The notes below the pieces were generated by a model that was given only the letters and a program-made list of their open reading frames with translations, was not told the DNA's origin and ran no database searches. From Patescibacteria group bacterium (GTDB lineage: Bacteria; Bacillota; UBA4882; JAAYXC01), in NCBI GenBank assembly GCA_050260175.1, contig JBLNBS010000156.1, positions 6,098-70,097 of the forward strand: DNA of 64,000 nucleotides, in the 5' to 3' direction. Shown here in pieces: positions 62,294-64,000 of this stretch (position 1 is the first letter of the stretch; each line of letters starts with the position of its first letter). The translations under genes and the position numbers were made by a program.

Positions 62294-62887
62294 GTGTCCA
62301 AGAAGAAACTCCTGCTGACCATCGTGACGGCCATCGTCATTTTTACGGCTATCCTTGCCTTTGTGGCCAGCGGCGCGAGCAAATCCTCGGCGAACCCGAT
62401 GACGGCCGAGTCGATCGGGATCGTCGATACCGCCCAGGTCTATGAAAAGCTGAACGATTACATCCGCATCAAGGATCTCCGCAAAGCCTATGACGGGGAG
62501 TTGAATAACTACACCACCTACCAGCGTCAGGTTCTCGCGAGCTACGTGACTGAGTTGGAACAGAAGAAACAGGAAGAGGAAAAAGGCAAGACAGACGCGG
62601 AAAAGCAGGAGATCAACCGCAAGTACGAGACGCTCGCCAGGGACAAGGCCACGGAGATCCAACAGCTCATCCAGGCCAAGATGAAGGAACTCCAGGACAA
62701 GCTCAGCGCGGAGATGGCCAAGGCCGACGAGCGCCTGCGCCAGGTCATCGCCGCGGTCGGCGAGGACAAGGGGCTCCAGCTCGTGCTGGCCAAATCTTTC
62801 GCGGGCAGCGGCGCGGTGGTTTATTACGGTGGCACGGACGTTACCGCCGATGTCATCGCCAAGGGCAATGAGCCGCCCAAGAAGTGA
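62294..62887 (+). CDS. skp: Periplasmic chaperone Skp/OmpH (second paralogue)
   Basis: Same architecture as the first: IGIVDTAQVYEKLNDYIRIKDLRKAYDGEL ... EDKGLQLVLAKS...YYGGTDVTADVI. Confidence 0.85.
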   Translation: MSKKKLLLTIVTAIVIFTAILAFVASGASKSSANPMTAESIGIVDTAQVYEKLNDYIRIKDLRKAYDGELNNYTTYQRQVLASYVTELEQKKQEEEKGKTDAEKQEINRKYETLARDKATEIQQLIQAKMKELQDKLSAEMAKADERLRQVIAAVGEDKGLQLVLAKSFAGSGAVVYYGGTDVTADVIAKGNEPPKK

Positions 62888-63749
62888 GTTAATCCCGCGC
62901 CTCAAGCGCCTCGGCGCCGTGGCGCTAGACAACCCCTTGCTCACGGCCGCGGCCCTGCTCGTGGCCTGTCTGGCCCTGTTGCCCTTTTCAGGCGCGGGGC
63001 CGCGGCCTGTATGGGCACGCGCCTGGCGGCTCACCCTGCCGTCCGCCAGGTGGGCCGCGGCCGGGCCGGCCTTTGGCCGGGATGACCTGGCGGGTTTGCG
63101 GCTTCCCCGGCCCGCGGCGCGGAATCATGCGGACACCGGCGCGGATCGCGCGGCTTTGGCTCCGCCGGGCGACCCGGGCCTCATCGCCGGCATCTTTGCC
63201 GAGGTCAGGGAGACCGAGGACTTGCAGCGCCGGGCTGCCCTGGGCGACTGGAGCGGCTATCTCAGGGCGCTCACCGCCCGGCGCCTGAGCGAGGCGCGGT
63301 CATGGTGGGAGGAGCGGCTGCGGGATCTGGCCATCGAGTTCGGCCAGGCCAACGATAGCCTGCTCGCGGCCTTTGCGGCCCAGGCCAGGCAGGAATCGCT
63401 GCCCATGGTCAGCGCCCTGCAGATCGAGATCACGCTCTGCGACGATCCCGAGTACCGGCCGGTGCTCGAGGAAAAGCTGAGACGGGTCTTTAGCGATATG
63501 GAGGACCGCATCGCCATGCGCCGCGAGGAACTCTCCCGGCAGTGCGCCGCGGAACTGGAGAACCTGCGGGAACAGGCCAGTAAAGCCCTGGACGATCTCG
63601 CCGCGCAACTCCTGGAGATGGAGCGCCGGTCCCTGGATGAATTCCGCGCCGTGCAGGAAAGCGCCTACGCCGAGTGGTCCCGGACACTCGCGGAAGCTGA
63701 GGCGTCGGCACTGGCTGCCTGGGGAGAATTAGCCGATGATGAGAGATGA
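62868..63749 (+). CDS. Membrane-anchored coiled-coil protein (OmpH-like?)
   Basis: TM LLTAAALLVACLALLPF, then an Arg/Glu/Ala-rich helical region. Start uncertain (62829, 62850 or 62868). Confidence 0.45.
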   Translation: MSRPRSELIPRLKRLGAVALDNPLLTAAALLVACLALLPFSGAGPRPVWARAWRLTLPSARWAAAGPAFGRDDLAGLRLPRPAARNHADTGADRAALAPPGDPGLIAGIFAEVRETEDLQRRAALGDWSGYLRALTARRLSEARSWWEERLRDLAIEFGQANDSLLAAFAAQARQESLPMVSALQIEITLCDDPEYRPVLEEKLRRVFSDMEDRIAMRREELSRQCAAELENLREQASKALDDLAAQLLEMERRSLDEFRAVQESAYAEWSRTLAEAEASALAAWGELADDER

Positions 63750-63810
63750 GACGTAACTGTAACTGCGAGCAGTTGTGATAAGAGGACCAAAAAAGAAGGG
63801 GGCCAATATC

Positions 63811-64000
63811 ATGGGCCGGTGGTGGCAATTGGCGATCGCGGCCGCGGCAGGTTTGGCAATCGGGATCCTGGCGGTCTCGCTCCTGGGTCTCGGCGGCGGC
63901 CAGCGGATCGGTATGGTCGATCTCGACCGCGTGCTGCGCGAGTCAGAGCCGGGTAAATCCTACCAGAAAAAGCTGGACGAACGCACGGCCGAGATCAAGG
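63811..64000 (+). CDS. Skp/OmpH-like protein, N-terminal part (3' end outside window)
   Basis: RBS AAGAAGGGGG. MGRWWQLAIAAAAGLAIGILAVSLLG... IGMVDLDRVLRESEPGKSYQKKLDERTAEIK matches the Skp N-terminal pattern. Confidence 0.65.
   Translation, partial: MGRWWQLAIAAAAGLAIGILAVSLLGLGGGQRIGMVDLDRVLRESEPGKSYQKKLDERTAEIK

Noticed and set aside
1-64000. Searched by eye for rRNA, tRNA, tmRNA, RNase P, SRP RNA and group I/II introns.
   Set aside because: I found no cloverleaf-like or conserved-core sequences in the few non-coding stretches. All longer intergenic regions are accounted for by repeats, promoters or terminators. A covariance-model scan is still needed to be sure.

Overview
GC-rich (by eye; not computed), densely coding bacterial chromosomal window with no rRNA, tRNA or CRISPR array seen. 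The gene content suggests a spore-forming lineage that also has an outer membrane, i.e. a diderm Firmicutes-like organism of the Limnochordia/Negativicutes/Halanaerobiales type (inference from content only). Germination and sporulation markers (a GerAC-like 3' fragment, YpeB, an S55 SpoIVB-like peptidase) sit alongside outer-membrane (OM) machinery.

Layout:
- 1-3.0 kb: GerAC fragment, small kinase-fold protein, BON protein, small beta-rich exported protein.
- 3.1-12.1 kb: T2SS-like operon gspE-F-G-H-I-J-K plus L/M/C-like genes. It has no secretin or prepilin peptidase, and a repeat/AT-rich island splits gspE from gspF.
- 12.2-16.0 kb: alpha/beta hydrolase convergent with a GH38 alpha-mannosidase.
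- 16.2-18.1 kb: IS200-type Y1 (HUH) transposase embedded in arrays of a modular hairpin repeat (REPtron-like), with a Fic-like gene remnant.
- 18.3-22.3 kb: M48 peptidase, translationally coupled DUF89-DUF692 pair, mazEF-like toxin-antitoxin pair.
- 22.3-33.0 kb: pdxTS, OM-type barrel candidate, LCP protein, comB-folB, then a DUF2520-panB-panC-panD-rlmH operon interrupted twice by repeats, then ypeB.
- 33.2-44.9 kb: PucR regulator, BMP-type ABC transporter, DUF2877/DUF1116/FdrA/carbamate kinase (oxalurate/oxamate-type module).
- 44.9-47.0 kb: antitoxin remnant, GTAG palindromes, ECF sigma operon.
- 47.2-49.7 kb: unlinked secretin with five tandem N0/STN-like modules.
- 50.1-64.0 kb: OM biogenesis cluster (S55 peptidase, TamB, an embedded sigma factor plus membrane protein, BamA, unknown exported protein, tandem Skp/OmpH paralogues).

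The most unusual non-genic signals are:
- the modular REP family;
- oriented GTTAATCC/TAATC-phased AT-rich islands;
- a mirrored GGCAATAGG / CCTATTGCC array between panC and panD.

Many long ORFs in the track are antisense shadow ORFs typical of high-GC DNA and are not reported as genes.
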